Notes: generated by a model not told the origin, from the letters alone. 64,000 nucleotides of DNA from Myxococcota bacterium (GCA_028278065.1 JANQFA010000079.1:252-64251); one strand, 5' to 3'; counted from the stretch's first letter, positions 9,229-18,414 are shown. Translations and numbers: made by a program.

Positions 9229-9330
9229 GCGCCCGGCCAGGGGACGGCGGGCAGCGACCTGCCGGCCCTCGCGCCCGGCCCGGGGACGGCGGGCAGCGAC
9301 CTGCCGGCCCTGGCGCCCGGCCCGGGCGAC
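9229..9330. repeat. 42-bp tandem repeat, about 2.4 units, between the CYTH-CHAD stop and the ppk1 start
   Basis: GCGCCCGGCC recurs at 9229, 9271 and 9313. The units are nearly identical (GCGCCCGGCC[A/C]GGGGACGGCGGGCAGCGACCTGCCGGCCCT[C/G]). Confidence 0.9.
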
Positions 9331-10887
9331 TCAGCGTGTCCAGAAGGGCCGGGCTTCGATGAAGCTCCGCGTGCGCTTGCGCGCCTCGGCGTCGGCCAGC
9401 TGGGCGCGATGGCCGGACCAGCCGGCGATGAAGCCGGCCGCCCGGTGGTGCTCGGGCCGGCACTCGGCACCCAGGTGCTCGAGCACGTCGGCCAGGACCT
9501 CTTCCGCCACGCGCTGGTCGTTGAGGCGCCCCAGGCGGTCCTGCAGCCGGGAGAGCCGGCGCAGCCAGCGTCCCGGCTTTCCGTCCGGATAGAGACCCGC
9601 GAAGAACTCCCCCACGTAGCGCAGCTTCTTCAGCTGGATGCGCAGCTCGTGGAGCTCGTCGATGGAGCGGTCCTCGATGTGTCGTCCCAGCCGGCGAACC
9701 GTACGCTGGCGCCGCGCGAGCACCCGTGCGGCCGTCTCGCGGGCGGGAGAGAAGAGCAGAGCCGACTCCGGGGAGAGCGGCTGCTCACGCCAGCGCCGGG
9801 CGGCGACGAAGGCCCCGAGTCGGAGCATCAGGGCCGGGTAGCGGGAGCCGTCGAGGGCCTCGGCGACCCGCCCGTACGCAACGGTGCGCAGATCGCGAGC
9901 GGCATCGCGCAGCCGCTTCAGGTCGGGGTCGCCGGGGAAGCGGCTGAGCACCGGCTCGGCGAACTCCTCGAGGAAGACGTCGAGATCGCGGGCCGGGCCG
10001 GTCTCGCCCGCCAGCCAGCGCAGCTCGCGTCGCAGGGGCTCGGCGTGGTGCTCGGGCAGGTAGCGCTTCAGGAGCTGCAGGGCCGAACGCACGCGCCGCA
10101 CGCCGATCCTGAACTGGTGCACGCCCTCCGGATCGATGCCCAGCCGGGCGGGCTCCTCGTTGGCGCTGATCTGGTCGACGCCGGCGCCCAGGATCGCGGC
10201 GAGGGCGTCGTCGAGGGTCGAGCCCGCGCCGATCTCCGGACGGTGGGCGCGCTGCGGCGTGGGCGCCTCTCCGGTGAGCCGGTGGAAGCCCGCCTCGGCC
10301 TTGCCCACGCTTCCGGGCCGCAGATCGACACTCCGCTGCAGCTCGACGGCCAGATCGAAGAGCGCCGCGGGCGGGCCCTGGAGCAGCTCCAGCTCCAGCT
10401 CGCAGACGGGCAGCGTGGCGCCCCCGGCGCGAACCTCGCCCACGTCCAGATCGAACGCGATCTCGGCGCCGCCGCGGTGCAGGATGCGCCGCGAGCGCCG
10501 GATATCGGTCTCGACCACGGCGTGGAGAGACTGCGCGTGAACCGCACGCGCCACCTGGGCGCGGACGCCGGCCTCGGGAATCGCATCCGGGTCTGGCCGC
10601 GGGCCGGGGAGGCGGCACTCCCATTCGCCACGGGTGAAGAGACCCGCTCGGGTCGCCGCTTGCGTCTTCGCGGTCTGGATCCAGGCGCTGCCCTCGCGGC
10701 GAACGCGCAGCACGATTCCCGCCTTCCAGAGATCCAGGTCAGGGGTGTCGAAGTAGATCGAGAGAAGCGGGCGGGTGCGTGTGGGGCCGACGGCCGACTC
10801 GCGGATGACGGGACTGCGACGCAGCCGGTGCACGTCCCCTGGAGCGACGAGGAGCTTGAGCTCGATCTCCAGGGGGGGGGATTCCAT
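9331..10887 (-). CDS. CYTH (triphosphate tunnel metalloenzyme) + CHAD domain protein
   Basis: 518 aa. N-terminal EIELKLL (the ExExK CYTH signature), followed by a long helical Arg/His-rich CHAD-like C-terminal half. Confidence 0.85.
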   Translation of the reverse strand: MESPPLEIELKLLVAPGDVHRLRRSPVIRESAVGPTRTRPLLSIYFDTPDLDLWKAGIVLRVRREGSAWIQTAKTQAATRAGLFTRGEWECRLPGPRPDPDAIPEAGVRAQVARAVHAQSLHAVVETDIRRSRRILHRGGAEIAFDLDVGEVRAGGATLPVCELELELLQGPPAALFDLAVELQRSVDLRPGSVGKAEAGFHRLTGEAPTPQRAHRPEIGAGSTLDDALAAILGAGVDQISANEEPARLGIDPEGVHQFRIGVRRVRSALQLLKRYLPEHHAEPLRRELRWLAGETGPARDLDVFLEEFAEPVLSRFPGDPDLKRLRDAARDLRTVAYGRVAEALDGSRYPALMLRLGAFVAARRWREQPLSPESALLFSPARETAARVLARRQRTVRRLGRHIEDRSIDELHELRIQLKKLRYVGEFFAGLYPDGKPGRWLRRLSRLQDRLGRLNDQRVAEEVLADVLEHLGAECRPEHHRAAGFIAGWSGHRAQLADAEARKRTRSFIEARPFWTR

Positions 10888-10897
10888 CCGACCTAGA

Positions 10898-11407
10898 CTA
10901 CCCCAGGGCGCGCGGTCGCACGAAGCGAACGAGCCGTCCCGCGCCGTTTTGGAGCCAGTCGTCGACGGTGAAGCGGATCTCGACCCAGGTTCCCGTGGGT
11001 AGCTTGCGACGCAGGCGCGTCAGGGCGCCGGCGTCGTCGGAGCCGATGAGACCCAGCGCGAGCTGCTGCAGGCCCGGGTTGTGGCCGACCAGCAGGAGGG
11101 ATTCCCCGTCGGGGGCCTGGCGGCGCAGGCGCGTGAGGAGCTCGCCCGCCGAGGCCATGTACAGCCCGGCTTCCAGGGAGACCGGGGGAGGCGGGCGCCA
11201 GGTCGCCAGGAACGCGGCCAGCGTCTCGCGGGCACGAGCCGCGCTGGAGCAGAGCACGATGTCCGGGCGGATTCCCGCCTCTGCGATGTGTCCGGCCATG
11301 CGTGACGCGGCGCGGCGTCCCCGCGGTGCGAGCGGGCGGTCATGATCGTCGAGGTCGGCGTCGTCCCAGGCCGACTTGGCGTGGCGGAGGATGTGGAGGC
11401 TTCTCAC
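10898..11407 (-). CDS. SixA-type histidine phosphatase
   Basis: C-terminal 169 aa of track ORF 10898..13333. The GTG at 11407 overlaps the upstream TGA (GTGA). Motifs ILRHAKSAW and LLVGHNPG. Confidence 0.8.
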   Translation of the reverse strand: MRSLHILRHAKSAWDDADLDDHDRPLAPRGRRAASRMAGHIAEAGIRPDIVLCSSAARARETLAAFLATWRPPPPVSLEAGLYMASAGELLTRLRRQAPDGESLLLVGHNPGLQQLALGLIGSDDAGALTRLRRKLPTGTWVEIRFTVDDWLQNGAGRLVRFVRPRALG

Positions 11408-13383
11408 CGTTCGGCTCCGCCGCCGACCTCGGGGAGGGCGAAGGCCACCATCGAGTCCCCCTGAGTCGTGTCGAGCATGTAGTGGCCGCCCGCCGCGATC
11501 ACCACGAACTGGCGTCCTTCGCGGCCCAGGCGGTAGGTCATGGGAGTCGCCTGGCCGCCGGCGGGGAGCCGCGCCCGCCACAGCTCCGTGCCGCTCTCGA
11601 GGTCGAAGGCCCGCAGGTAGTCGTCGAGCGAAGCCCCGATGAAGACGAGCCCGCCTGCCGTGACCAGCGGGCCACCCATGTTCGGCAGGCCCAGCTCGAG
11701 GGGCAGCGGGATCGGGAGCCGGTCCCGGGGTGTGCCCAGCGGCACCTCCCACACGGTCTCGCCCGTCTGGAGGGAGACGGCGAGGATCGTCCCCCAGGGC
11801 AGAGGGGAGCACGGGATGCCCAGCGGGGAGACGGGCACGCTGGCGCGCACGAGATACGGCGTCCCCTCCTGCGCTGCCGTCGAGCCGAAGTCGCCCTCTC
11901 GGAGGCGCCGGTGGGCCTCCACTGCACCCCGCGGGATGAGCTGGTGGACTCCCGCGATCCGGCTCTGGTTCAGCACGAGGAGCTTCCGCTCGGGATCCCA
12001 GCCTGCGCTGCCCCAGTTGAAGCCGCCGGGCACGCCCGGATAGACGATCGACCCCCCGAGGCTGGGGGGCGTGAAGATACCCTCGTTGCGGACGTTCTCG
12101 AGAATCGTGCGGCAGCGACCGCGGTCCCAGGGCGTGAGGCCGAAGGCATCGTCGGGGTCGAGGCGGGCGGGATGGAGCGGGGGCGGGAAGGTGGGGAACG
12201 GCTGGGTGGGCGAGGTGATCTCGCCCGGTACGTCGGTCTGCGGGACGGGGCGCTCCTCGACGGGGAAGAGGGGCTTCCCCCTCTCGCGGTGCAGGATGAA
12301 GACGTGGCCCATCTTCGTGGGCTGCACGAGGGCCGGCTCGTTGCGTCCCTCCACCTCGAGATCGATCAGGGTGGGCTGCGAGCCCACGTCGTAGTCCCAG
12401 AGGTCGTGATGCACCGCCTGGAAGTGCCAGACGACCCGACCCGAGTCGGCGTCCAGGGCCACCACGCTGCTCCCGTAGTGGTCGAAGCCGCGCCGGTGGC
12501 CGCCGAAGAAGTCGGGGCTCGGCCCTCCGAACGGGATGAACACGAGGCCGCGCTCCGGGTCGGCCGAGAGGATGGACCAGGCGTTCGGAGTCCCTCGGTG
12601 GTAGCGCGGCCGGCCCCCGGCGTCGGGCTCGAGCGGAGACGTGCCCGGCGGAACCGGGTCGAAGGCCCAGACCAGCGCGCCGGTTCGCGCATCGAACGCG
12701 CGGATCACCCCGCCCGGGCCGTCGACCCGGCGGTTGTCGCCGACGAGGGCGCCCACCACCACCCGGTCGCCGATCACCAGGGGAGGGGAGGTCACGGCGT
12801 ACTCGCCGGGCTGGATGTCGCCGATGCCCTGCTCCAGATCGACGACTCCGCCGTCTCCGAAGTCCGGGCACGCCCGACCCGTGCCAGCGTCGACCCCGAC
12901 GAGGCGGGCGTCCATCGTCCCCATGAAGATCCTGCGGGCGCAGGGGCCGGCGGTCGGCTCGGCACTGCGCCAGAGCGCGACGCCGCGGCAGGTGGCGCCC
13001 CACAGGCCCCCGAGGTCGGGCTCGGAGTCGAAAACCCAGCGCTCCTGTCCGGTCTCCGCGTCGATCGCGAAGATGCGGTTCAGCGGACTGCAGAAGTAGA
13101 GCGTCTCGTCGTCCAGGATCGGGGTCGCCTGATAGGAAGTCCGCGGGGGCGAGTCGCTGCGCTCCGATGCCCAGTCGCCGCTGCGATGGACCCAGGCCGG
13201 CTCCAGGAAACGGACGTTCTCGCGATTCACCTGGGTGAGCGGGCTGTAGCGCGTACCGCCCGCATCCCCGCCGTGGTGCGACCAGCCTGCTACGGGGCCG
13301 TCGAGGGCCGGTGCCGGCGGGGTCTCGCCACACGCGATCGAAAGCAGAGCGGCAAGGGTCAGCAGCGAACGAAACGGCCCCAC
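11404..13383 (-). CDS. PQQ-dependent dehydrogenase (glucose/quinate-type quinoprotein), lipoprotein
   Basis: 659 aa. Lipobox LSIAC, then a beta-propeller quinoprotein sequence (GGDAGGTRYSPL, repeated W-containing blades). Confidence 0.9.
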   Translation of the reverse strand: MGPFRSLLTLAALLSIACGETPPAPALDGPVAGWSHHGGDAGGTRYSPLTQVNRENVRFLEPAWVHRSGDWASERSDSPPRTSYQATPILDDETLYFCSPLNRIFAIDAETGQERWVFDSEPDLGGLWGATCRGVALWRSAEPTAGPCARRIFMGTMDARLVGVDAGTGRACPDFGDGGVVDLEQGIGDIQPGEYAVTSPPLVIGDRVVVGALVGDNRRVDGPGGVIRAFDARTGALVWAFDPVPPGTSPLEPDAGGRPRYHRGTPNAWSILSADPERGLVFIPFGGPSPDFFGGHRRGFDHYGSSVVALDADSGRVVWHFQAVHHDLWDYDVGSQPTLIDLEVEGRNEPALVQPTKMGHVFILHRERGKPLFPVEERPVPQTDVPGEITSPTQPFPTFPPPLHPARLDPDDAFGLTPWDRGRCRTILENVRNEGIFTPPSLGGSIVYPGVPGGFNWGSAGWDPERKLLVLNQSRIAGVHQLIPRGAVEAHRRLREGDFGSTAAQEGTPYLVRASVPVSPLGIPCSPLPWGTILAVSLQTGETVWEVPLGTPRDRLPIPLPLELGLPNMGGPLVTAGGLVFIGASLDDYLRAFDLESGTELWRARLPAGGQATPMTYRLGREGRQFVVIAAGGHYMLDTTQGDSMVAFALPEVGGGAER

Positions 13384-13463
13384 GGCCGACGAGCCTATCC
13401 TAGACTGGCTCGCTCCGGAGTCCCGTCCTGAGCCCGCCCTCGTCTCACGCCTACCTGCCCTAC

Positions 13464-14144
13464 GTGGGGCCCTACGTCCTCTTCCTCGTGCTCGTCGAGC
13501 TCGGGGGGCGCATCCCCGGCGCGGAGGGCGCGCTCCTCCCGCTCAAGGTGCTGCTCCCGGGGGCGTGGGTGGCGATCTGCGCCTGGCGCGGCGAGTACCC
13601 CGAGCTTCGGGTCCGGTCCGGCGGAGCGGCCGGGCAGATCGCCGACGTGGCGGTGGGGCTGGGCGTGGCGCTGCTCTGGGCCGGCCCCTACCTGGCCGGG
13701 TGGCTTCCGAAGCCCGAGGCCGGGGACGCCTTCGATCCGGCGCTCCTCGGCGACGAGCGGCGCGCGCTGGCCCTGACCCTGCGCGGCCTGGGCTTCGCCG
13801 CGGTCACGCCGTTCGTGGAGGAGATCTTCGTGCGCAGCTTCCTGATCCGCTGGGTCGAGACCCTGCGCCCGGGGGGCGCGCCTTCCGATACGGACTTCCG
13901 CGCGCTCCCGGTGGCGCGCTACGGCGCCTGGAGCTTCTGGCTGACGGTCGCCTGGTTCAGCGCCAGCCACGCCGGCTGGGAGCTTCCCGTCGCCTTCGCC
14001 ACGGGCGTGATCTACAACCTCTGGCTCTATCGGCGCGGCCACCTCGGCGCCGTGATCCGCGCCCACGCCGTCACCAACGCCGCGCTCTTCGCGGGCGTGC
14101 TGCTGGCCGACGGGCGCGGCATGGACCTCTGGTACTTCCTCTAG
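13464..14144 (+). CDS. CPBP family intramembrane glutamic endopeptidase (CAAX-protease-like)
   Basis: 226 aa. Motifs PFVEEIFVRSF and AHAVTNAAL. From memory it resembles the PEP-CTERM-associated CAAX-like subfamily. Confidence 0.8.
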   Translation: MGPYVLFLVLVELGGRIPGAEGALLPLKVLLPGAWVAICAWRGEYPELRVRSGGAAGQIADVAVGLGVALLWAGPYLAGWLPKPEAGDAFDPALLGDERRALALTLRGLGFAAVTPFVEEIFVRSFLIRWVETLRPGGAPSDTDFRALPVARYGAWSFWLTVAWFSASHAGWELPVAFATGVIYNLWLYRRGHLGAVIRAHAVTNAALFAGVLLADGRGMDLWYFL

Positions 14145-14193
14145 GCGTCAGCCAGGCTCCAGCCGTCGGCCCGCTCCAGGCGGAAGCGGCCCC

Positions 14194-14835
14194 TCAACGC
14201 GCGGCGCCGCGGCGGCGGCCGCGCGGGATGGTGTGCGCGGCGTAGATCGCGATGCGCCGGCCGTCGCGGGTCTGCAGCACGAGGGACCGCTTCGAGAGCG
14301 GACCCAGGTTCCCCAGCATCCGGGCCTCGTCGCTGTGAGGCTCGAGAACCCGGATGTCGAGCGTGGCCCCCTTCAGGTCGAGGCTGCGGGTGGATTCGCC
14401 GCTTCCCAGCTCGAGGCGACCCGACTCGAACTGCAGCACGAAGCCTCGGTCCCTCCGCATGGCGTGCTCGAAGTCGCGCCGGGCGGTGTCGGGGCGGTCA
14501 CGCGCCTCGTAGCGCAGGCGCCCGACCGCGCGCATCTCGGGCGCCTCCTCGCCCTGCTCGGTCTTGCAGGCGAGCACGGCGCCGAGCGGCTCGATCTCGA
14601 AGCGATGCCCCTCCTGCCGGCCGCGGGCGCGCCGGGGCGGACTGATGAGCACGGTGCGCGCCACCCGCTCGGGGCTCCCGCCGATCTCGCAGAGGATCGG
14701 GGAGATGTACTCGCCCGACGCCCAGCTCAGCACCAGATCGGGGAGGGCGACCAGCTCGTCGCCCTGTGCGAGGGCCGGCGCCGGCAGGGTCATGGCCGCC
14801 AGGACGGCGACGAGCGGGAGCCGGAGACGCGTCAC
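14194..14835 (-). CDS. secreted hypothetical protein
   Basis: Track ORF 14194..14919 trimmed to the GTG at 14835 (VTRLRLPLVAVLAAMTLPAPALA signal peptide). Confidence 0.5.
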   Translation of the reverse strand: MTRLRLPLVAVLAAMTLPAPALAQGDELVALPDLVLSWASGEYISPILCEIGGSPERVARTVLISPPRRARGRQEGHRFEIEPLGAVLACKTEQGEEAPEMRAVGRLRYEARDRPDTARRDFEHAMRRDRGFVLQFESGRLELGSGESTRSLDLKGATLDIRVLEPHSDEARMLGNLGPLSKRSLVLQTRDGRRIAIYAAHTIPRGRRRGAAR

Positions 14836-14948
14836 GGGCGCCGAGGCTAACCGGTTTCGAGACGACCCGCCCCAGAGCGGGCCCGTCGTCGTTCGGAGCT
14901 GCGCCTTCCCGGTTGACACGCTCCCGCCGGGCCCGCACCGTCGGACGC

Positions 14949-15242
14949 ATGCGCTGCCACGCCTGCGATGCGGAGGTTCCCCTCGCCACGGGCGAGCGCG
15001 TGGGCTTCCGCGACGAGTGCGAGCGCTGCGGGTCGGACCTCCACTGCTGCCGCAACTGCGCCCACCACGACCCGACCGCCTACAACGAGTGCCGGGAATC
15101 CCAGGCCGAGCGAGTCGACGACCGCGAGCGCGCGAACCGCTGCGACTGGTTCAGACCGGGCGGCGCGCGGGGCGGGGGCCTCGCCGAAGAGCGCGCACAG
15201 GCCAGGTCCGCCCTCGAAGGGCTCTTCAAGAAGGACGCCTAG
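14949..15242 (+). CDS. small cysteine-rich (zinc-binding) protein
   Basis: ATG at 14949 inside track ORF 14766..15242. Sequence MRCHACDAEVP...CERCGSDLHCCRNCAHHD...ECRE. Confidence 0.65.
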   Translation: MRCHACDAEVPLATGERVGFRDECERCGSDLHCCRNCAHHDPTAYNECRESQAERVDDRERANRCDWFRPGGARGGGLAEERAQARSALEGLFKKDA

Positions 15243-16126
15243 CGGCGCTGGGCCAGCCCCACGCGGGCGATCTGGTCGGAGAGCAGCCCGACCGCCCAGA
15301 GCATCGCCGCTCCGAGCAGCCCCAGGAGCGCCATGTCCGAGATGTTCCCGGCGAAGAGGTCGTACACGAACTTGCCCAGCCCGATGGCGAAGAAGACCCC
15401 GCCGAGGGGCAGGAAGACCTTCAGGGGGTTGAAGTAGACGACGGTCCGCACGATGAGGAGCAGGAAGTCGAAGGCGTGGGTGGGCCGGATCTTCGAGTCG
15501 CCCTGGCGCCGGCGGTAGTCGATGGGGTGATAGTGGACCAGCACGTCGTTGCAGAGCGCGGCCAGGGTGATCGTGGTCGTGAAGGAGAAGCCGCTGGGCA
15601 GGAGGTGCCAGAAGCGCTCCACCAGCGGACGGCGGATCACCCGGAGGCCGGAGTTGAGATCCGGGATGTGCTGTCCGGCCAGGTAGCCCGCCAGGCGCGC
15701 CAGCACCCACTTGGCCGGGCGCCGTACCAGCGGGATGTGGACGTCCTCGCCGACCCGGGCGCCCACGACCATCTCGTAGTGCGGGGCATGCTCCAGCATG
15801 GCCGGGATCTCGGAGGCGGGGTAGGTGCCGTCGGCGTCGGTGATCACGACGCTGTCGTACTTGGCCCGGGAGATGCCTTCCTTGAGGGCGGCGCCGTAGC
15901 CTCGGTTGCGCGGCAGCCGGACCACCGAGGCGCCCGCGCGGGCAGCGATCTCGGCGGTGGCATCCCCGGAGCCGTCATCCACGACGATGAGCTCCCAGGC
16001 GACACCGATCCCCTCCATGGCGGCCCGCACCTCGCGCACCGACTCCGCGATCCCGCGCTCCTCCTCGTACGCGGGCATCACGATGCTGACGCCTTCGATG
16101 GGCATGCCGACGGGCTCGACGCTCAT
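15239..16126 (-). CDS. family 2 glycosyltransferase (polyprenol-phosphate sugar synthase-like) with C-terminal TM helices
   Basis: Track ORF 15239..16144. I prefer the ATG at 16126, preceded by GGAGGGGAGC. Motifs VSIVMPAYEEE, VVDDGSGD, ITDADGTY. Confidence 0.9.
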   Translation of the reverse strand: MSVEPVGMPIEGVSIVMPAYEEERGIAESVREVRAAMEGIGVAWELIVVDDGSGDATAEIAARAGASVVRLPRNRGYGAALKEGISRAKYDSVVITDADGTYPASEIPAMLEHAPHYEMVVGARVGEDVHIPLVRRPAKWVLARLAGYLAGQHIPDLNSGLRVIRRPLVERFWHLLPSGFSFTTTITLAALCNDVLVHYHPIDYRRRQGDSKIRPTHAFDFLLLIVRTVVYFNPLKVFLPLGGVFFAIGLGKFVYDLFAGNISDMALLGLLGAAMLWAVGLLSDQIARVGLAQRR

Positions 16127-16144
16127 GCTCCCCTCCGGCGCCAA

Positions 16145-16216
16145 CCATAGCCGCTGCGCCGCAGTGGGGTCGAATCGGCCCCATAGCCGCTGCGCCGCAG
16201 GGAGCCGAATCGGCCC
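16145..16216. repeat. 36-bp tandem repeat, 2 units
   Basis: CCATAGCCGCTGCGCCGCAG[T/G]G[G/A]G[T/C]CGAATCGGCC at 16145 and 16181, between the FHA gene stop and the GT2 gene start. Confidence 0.9.
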
Positions 16217-16237
16217 CGCGTGGCGGGCGGTTCGGCG

Positions 16238-16540
16238 CTAGGCGGTGAGGGCGAGCTTGAAGGCGGTCTGGCCGATCACGATCTCGTCGCCATCGGCCAG
16301 GGAGCAGGAGCGCACGCGCTTTCCGTTCACCTTGGTCCCGTTGGTCGACTGCAGATCCTCGATCGTGTAGGCGCCGGTCGCGCCGTCGAACTCGATGATC
16401 GCGTGCTCCCGGCTGATGCCCTCGTCCAGCAAGGTGATGTCCGTGCTCGGGTTGCGTCCGATCACGGTGGGCTCGTCGGCGAGGTCGTAGATCGTGCCCT
16501 CGAAGCCGCCGTTCTGGATGGTGAGGGTTCCTCGGGCCAT
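16238..16540 (-). CDS. FHA domain protein
   Basis: 100 aa from the ATG at 16540 (GGAGAGG 3 nt upstream). Sequence TVIGRNPSTDITLLDEGISREHAII...STNGTKVNG. Confidence 0.85.
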   Translation of the reverse strand: MARGTLTIQNGGFEGTIYDLADEPTVIGRNPSTDITLLDEGISREHAIIEFDGATGAYTIEDLQSTNGTKVNGKRVRSCSLADGDEIVIGQTAFKLALTA

Positions 16541-16602
16541 GTGCCTCTCCGGGTTCACACCCGTCGGCATATCGGCGGGTTCTCCTGGAGGCTTTAGCCC
16601 GG

Positions 16603-17403
16603 CTAGAGACGCCGGTGGCGCAGGGCAGGGAGGTCGCGGCGGATGCGCTCCTGCTCGTCCAGATCGCACGTCGCCAGCAGCACGCAGGGGCTGTCTCCGG
16701 CCTCCTCGAGGACCTGGCCCCAGGGATCGACGATCATCGAGTGGCCGTAGCTCGCCCGCTCCGGGTTGTGGACGCCGCACTGGGCCGGCGCCAGGACGAA
16801 GGCCTGGTTCTCGATGGCCCGGGCCCGCAGGAGGACCTCCCAGTGGTCCTTGCCCGTCTCGCGGGCGAAGGCGGAGGGAACCGCCAGGAAGCGCGCCCCT
16901 CGGGCCGCATGGGCCCGGTAGAGCTCGGGGAAGCGCACGTCGTAGCAGACCGACATGCCCAGGGCGCCGAAGGGCGTCGCGGCCACGACCACGTCCTTTC
17001 CGGGCGCGACGGTCGCCGACTCGGCGAAGGCGTCGCCCCCGGCCGCTCGGAGGTCCACGTCGAAGAGGTGGATCTTGCGGTAGATGGCCGCGATCTCGCC
17101 ATCCGGCCGCAGCAGCACGCTGGTGTTGTGCACGCGGCCGCGCTCGACGGCCTCCGGGAAGGTCCCGCCCAGGATCCAGGCGTCGTGGGCGCGCGCGCGC
17201 TCGCGCAGGAAGCCCACGATGGGACCGTCCAGGTCCTGGGCACAGGGGACGGGCAGGCCTTCGCGACGCAGGTAGGCGAAGTTCTCCGGGAGGGCGATCA
17301 GCTCCGCGCCGCGCTCCGCGGCCTCGTCGACCAGCTCGCGGGCGGCCACGAGGTTCCGCTCGACGTCGTCCACGGACGTCATCTGCACCACGCCGACGCG
17401 CAT
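16603..17403 (-). CDS. carbon-nitrogen hydrolase (nitrilase superfamily, Nit-like)
   Basis: 266 aa. Sequence ALPENFAY, KIHLFD and MSVCYDVRFPEL, consistent with a Glu-Lys-Cys triad context. Confidence 0.9.
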   Translation of the reverse strand: MRVGVVQMTSVDDVERNLVAARELVDEAAERGAELIALPENFAYLRREGLPVPCAQDLDGPIVGFLRERARAHDAWILGGTFPEAVERGRVHNTSVLLRPDGEIAAIYRKIHLFDVDLRAAGGDAFAESATVAPGKDVVVAATPFGALGMSVCYDVRFPELYRAHAARGARFLAVPSAFARETGKDHWEVLLRARAIENQAFVLAPAQCGVHNPERASYGHSMIVDPWGQVLEEAGDSPCVLLATCDLDEQERIRRDLPALRHRRL

Positions 17404-17427
17404 CGCGCGACAGTAGCTCGGCGCGGA

Positions 17428-18414
17428 CTAGTTGCGGAACTCCTGGGGATCGACCCCGGTGCGGCGGATCACGTCGTAGAAGTCCTTGCGGTCCTTCTTG
17501 GCCAGCCGCGCGGCGCGGCTGATGTTGCCCCCGCAGCGACGCAGCAGACCCTCGACGTAGCGCGTCTCGAAGGCCCGCTTGGCCTCCTTGAACGACGGGA
17601 CGTCCGCACCCTCGGCCGACAGCAGCAGGGCCTCCGCGCTGATGGCGGTGCCACCGGCGAGGCGCACCGCCTGACGCACGCGCTCGCGCAGCTCGCGCAG
17701 GTTGCCCGACCAGGTCTCGACGAGGAGCGCCTCGCGCCCGTCCTCGGTGAAGCCCACGGGTGCGATCCCGTTCTCCTCCGCGTACTCGGCCAGGAAGTGG
17801 GCCGCGAGGGGCAGGACGTCCTCGCTGCGCTCCTCGAGCCCGCGCAGGCTGATGCGGTGGTGGGGAAGGTCCCCGAAGAAGCCGCCGTCGTGAGCCGTGG
17901 TCACGATCACGCGCGCGCGCAGGGGGCGCGCCGTGTCCTCGCCCTCGCGCCGGTAGCTTCCCTCGGCGAGAGCCGCCAGCAGATCGCGGGTCGCCGCGTC
18001 GTAGAGCGTGTCGGCGTTGCTCAGGAGGAGCGTGCCGCTGCCCGCCTCGGCCAGGCCCCCGTCGTACTCGCCGGGAACCATGCTGTGCGTGCCGGCCGCG
18101 CAGCCGAAGATCTCGCGTCCGTGTAGCGAGGTCGGAATCGCCGAGCAGCTGAGCTCGACGAAGGGACCCTCGCGATCCCCCCAGGCGTGGACGGCGCGGG
18201 CCAGGAAGCGCTTGCCGACACCGGGCGGTCCCGACACCAGGACCGGCAGATCCGAGCGCGCTGCGGCCACGGCCTGGTCGATCGCGAGGCGAGCGTGGCT
18301 GCTCGCGCCTACGACCCGATCGCCGTGCCGACGCCCGATCCGCCTGCTCGTCGGGCTGCCGGATGCGCCCGTCGTTGCGTTTTGCCCACCTTCGTGCGTT
18401 GTCGTCGCGCTCAT
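17428..18414 (-). CDS. AAA+ bacterial enhancer-binding-protein-like regulator with Fis-type HTH, no sensor domain, degenerate GAFTGA
   Basis: 328 aa. Walker A GPPGVGKR, C-terminal GGNISRAARLAKKDRKDFYDVIRR. At the position of ELFGHEKGAFTGA it reads EIFGCAAGTHSMVPG. Confidence 0.8.
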   Translation of the reverse strand: MSATTTHEGGQNATTGASGSPTSRRIGRRHGDRVVGASSHARLAIDQAVAAARSDLPVLVSGPPGVGKRFLARAVHAWGDREGPFVELSCSAIPTSLHGREIFGCAAGTHSMVPGEYDGGLAEAGSGTLLLSNADTLYDAATRDLLAALAEGSYRREGEDTARPLRARVIVTTAHDGGFFGDLPHHRISLRGLEERSEDVLPLAAHFLAEYAEENGIAPVGFTEDGREALLVETWSGNLRELRERVRQAVRLAGGTAISAEALLLSAEGADVPSFKEAKRAFETRYVEGLLRRCGGNISRAARLAKKDRKDFYDVIRRTGVDPQEFRN

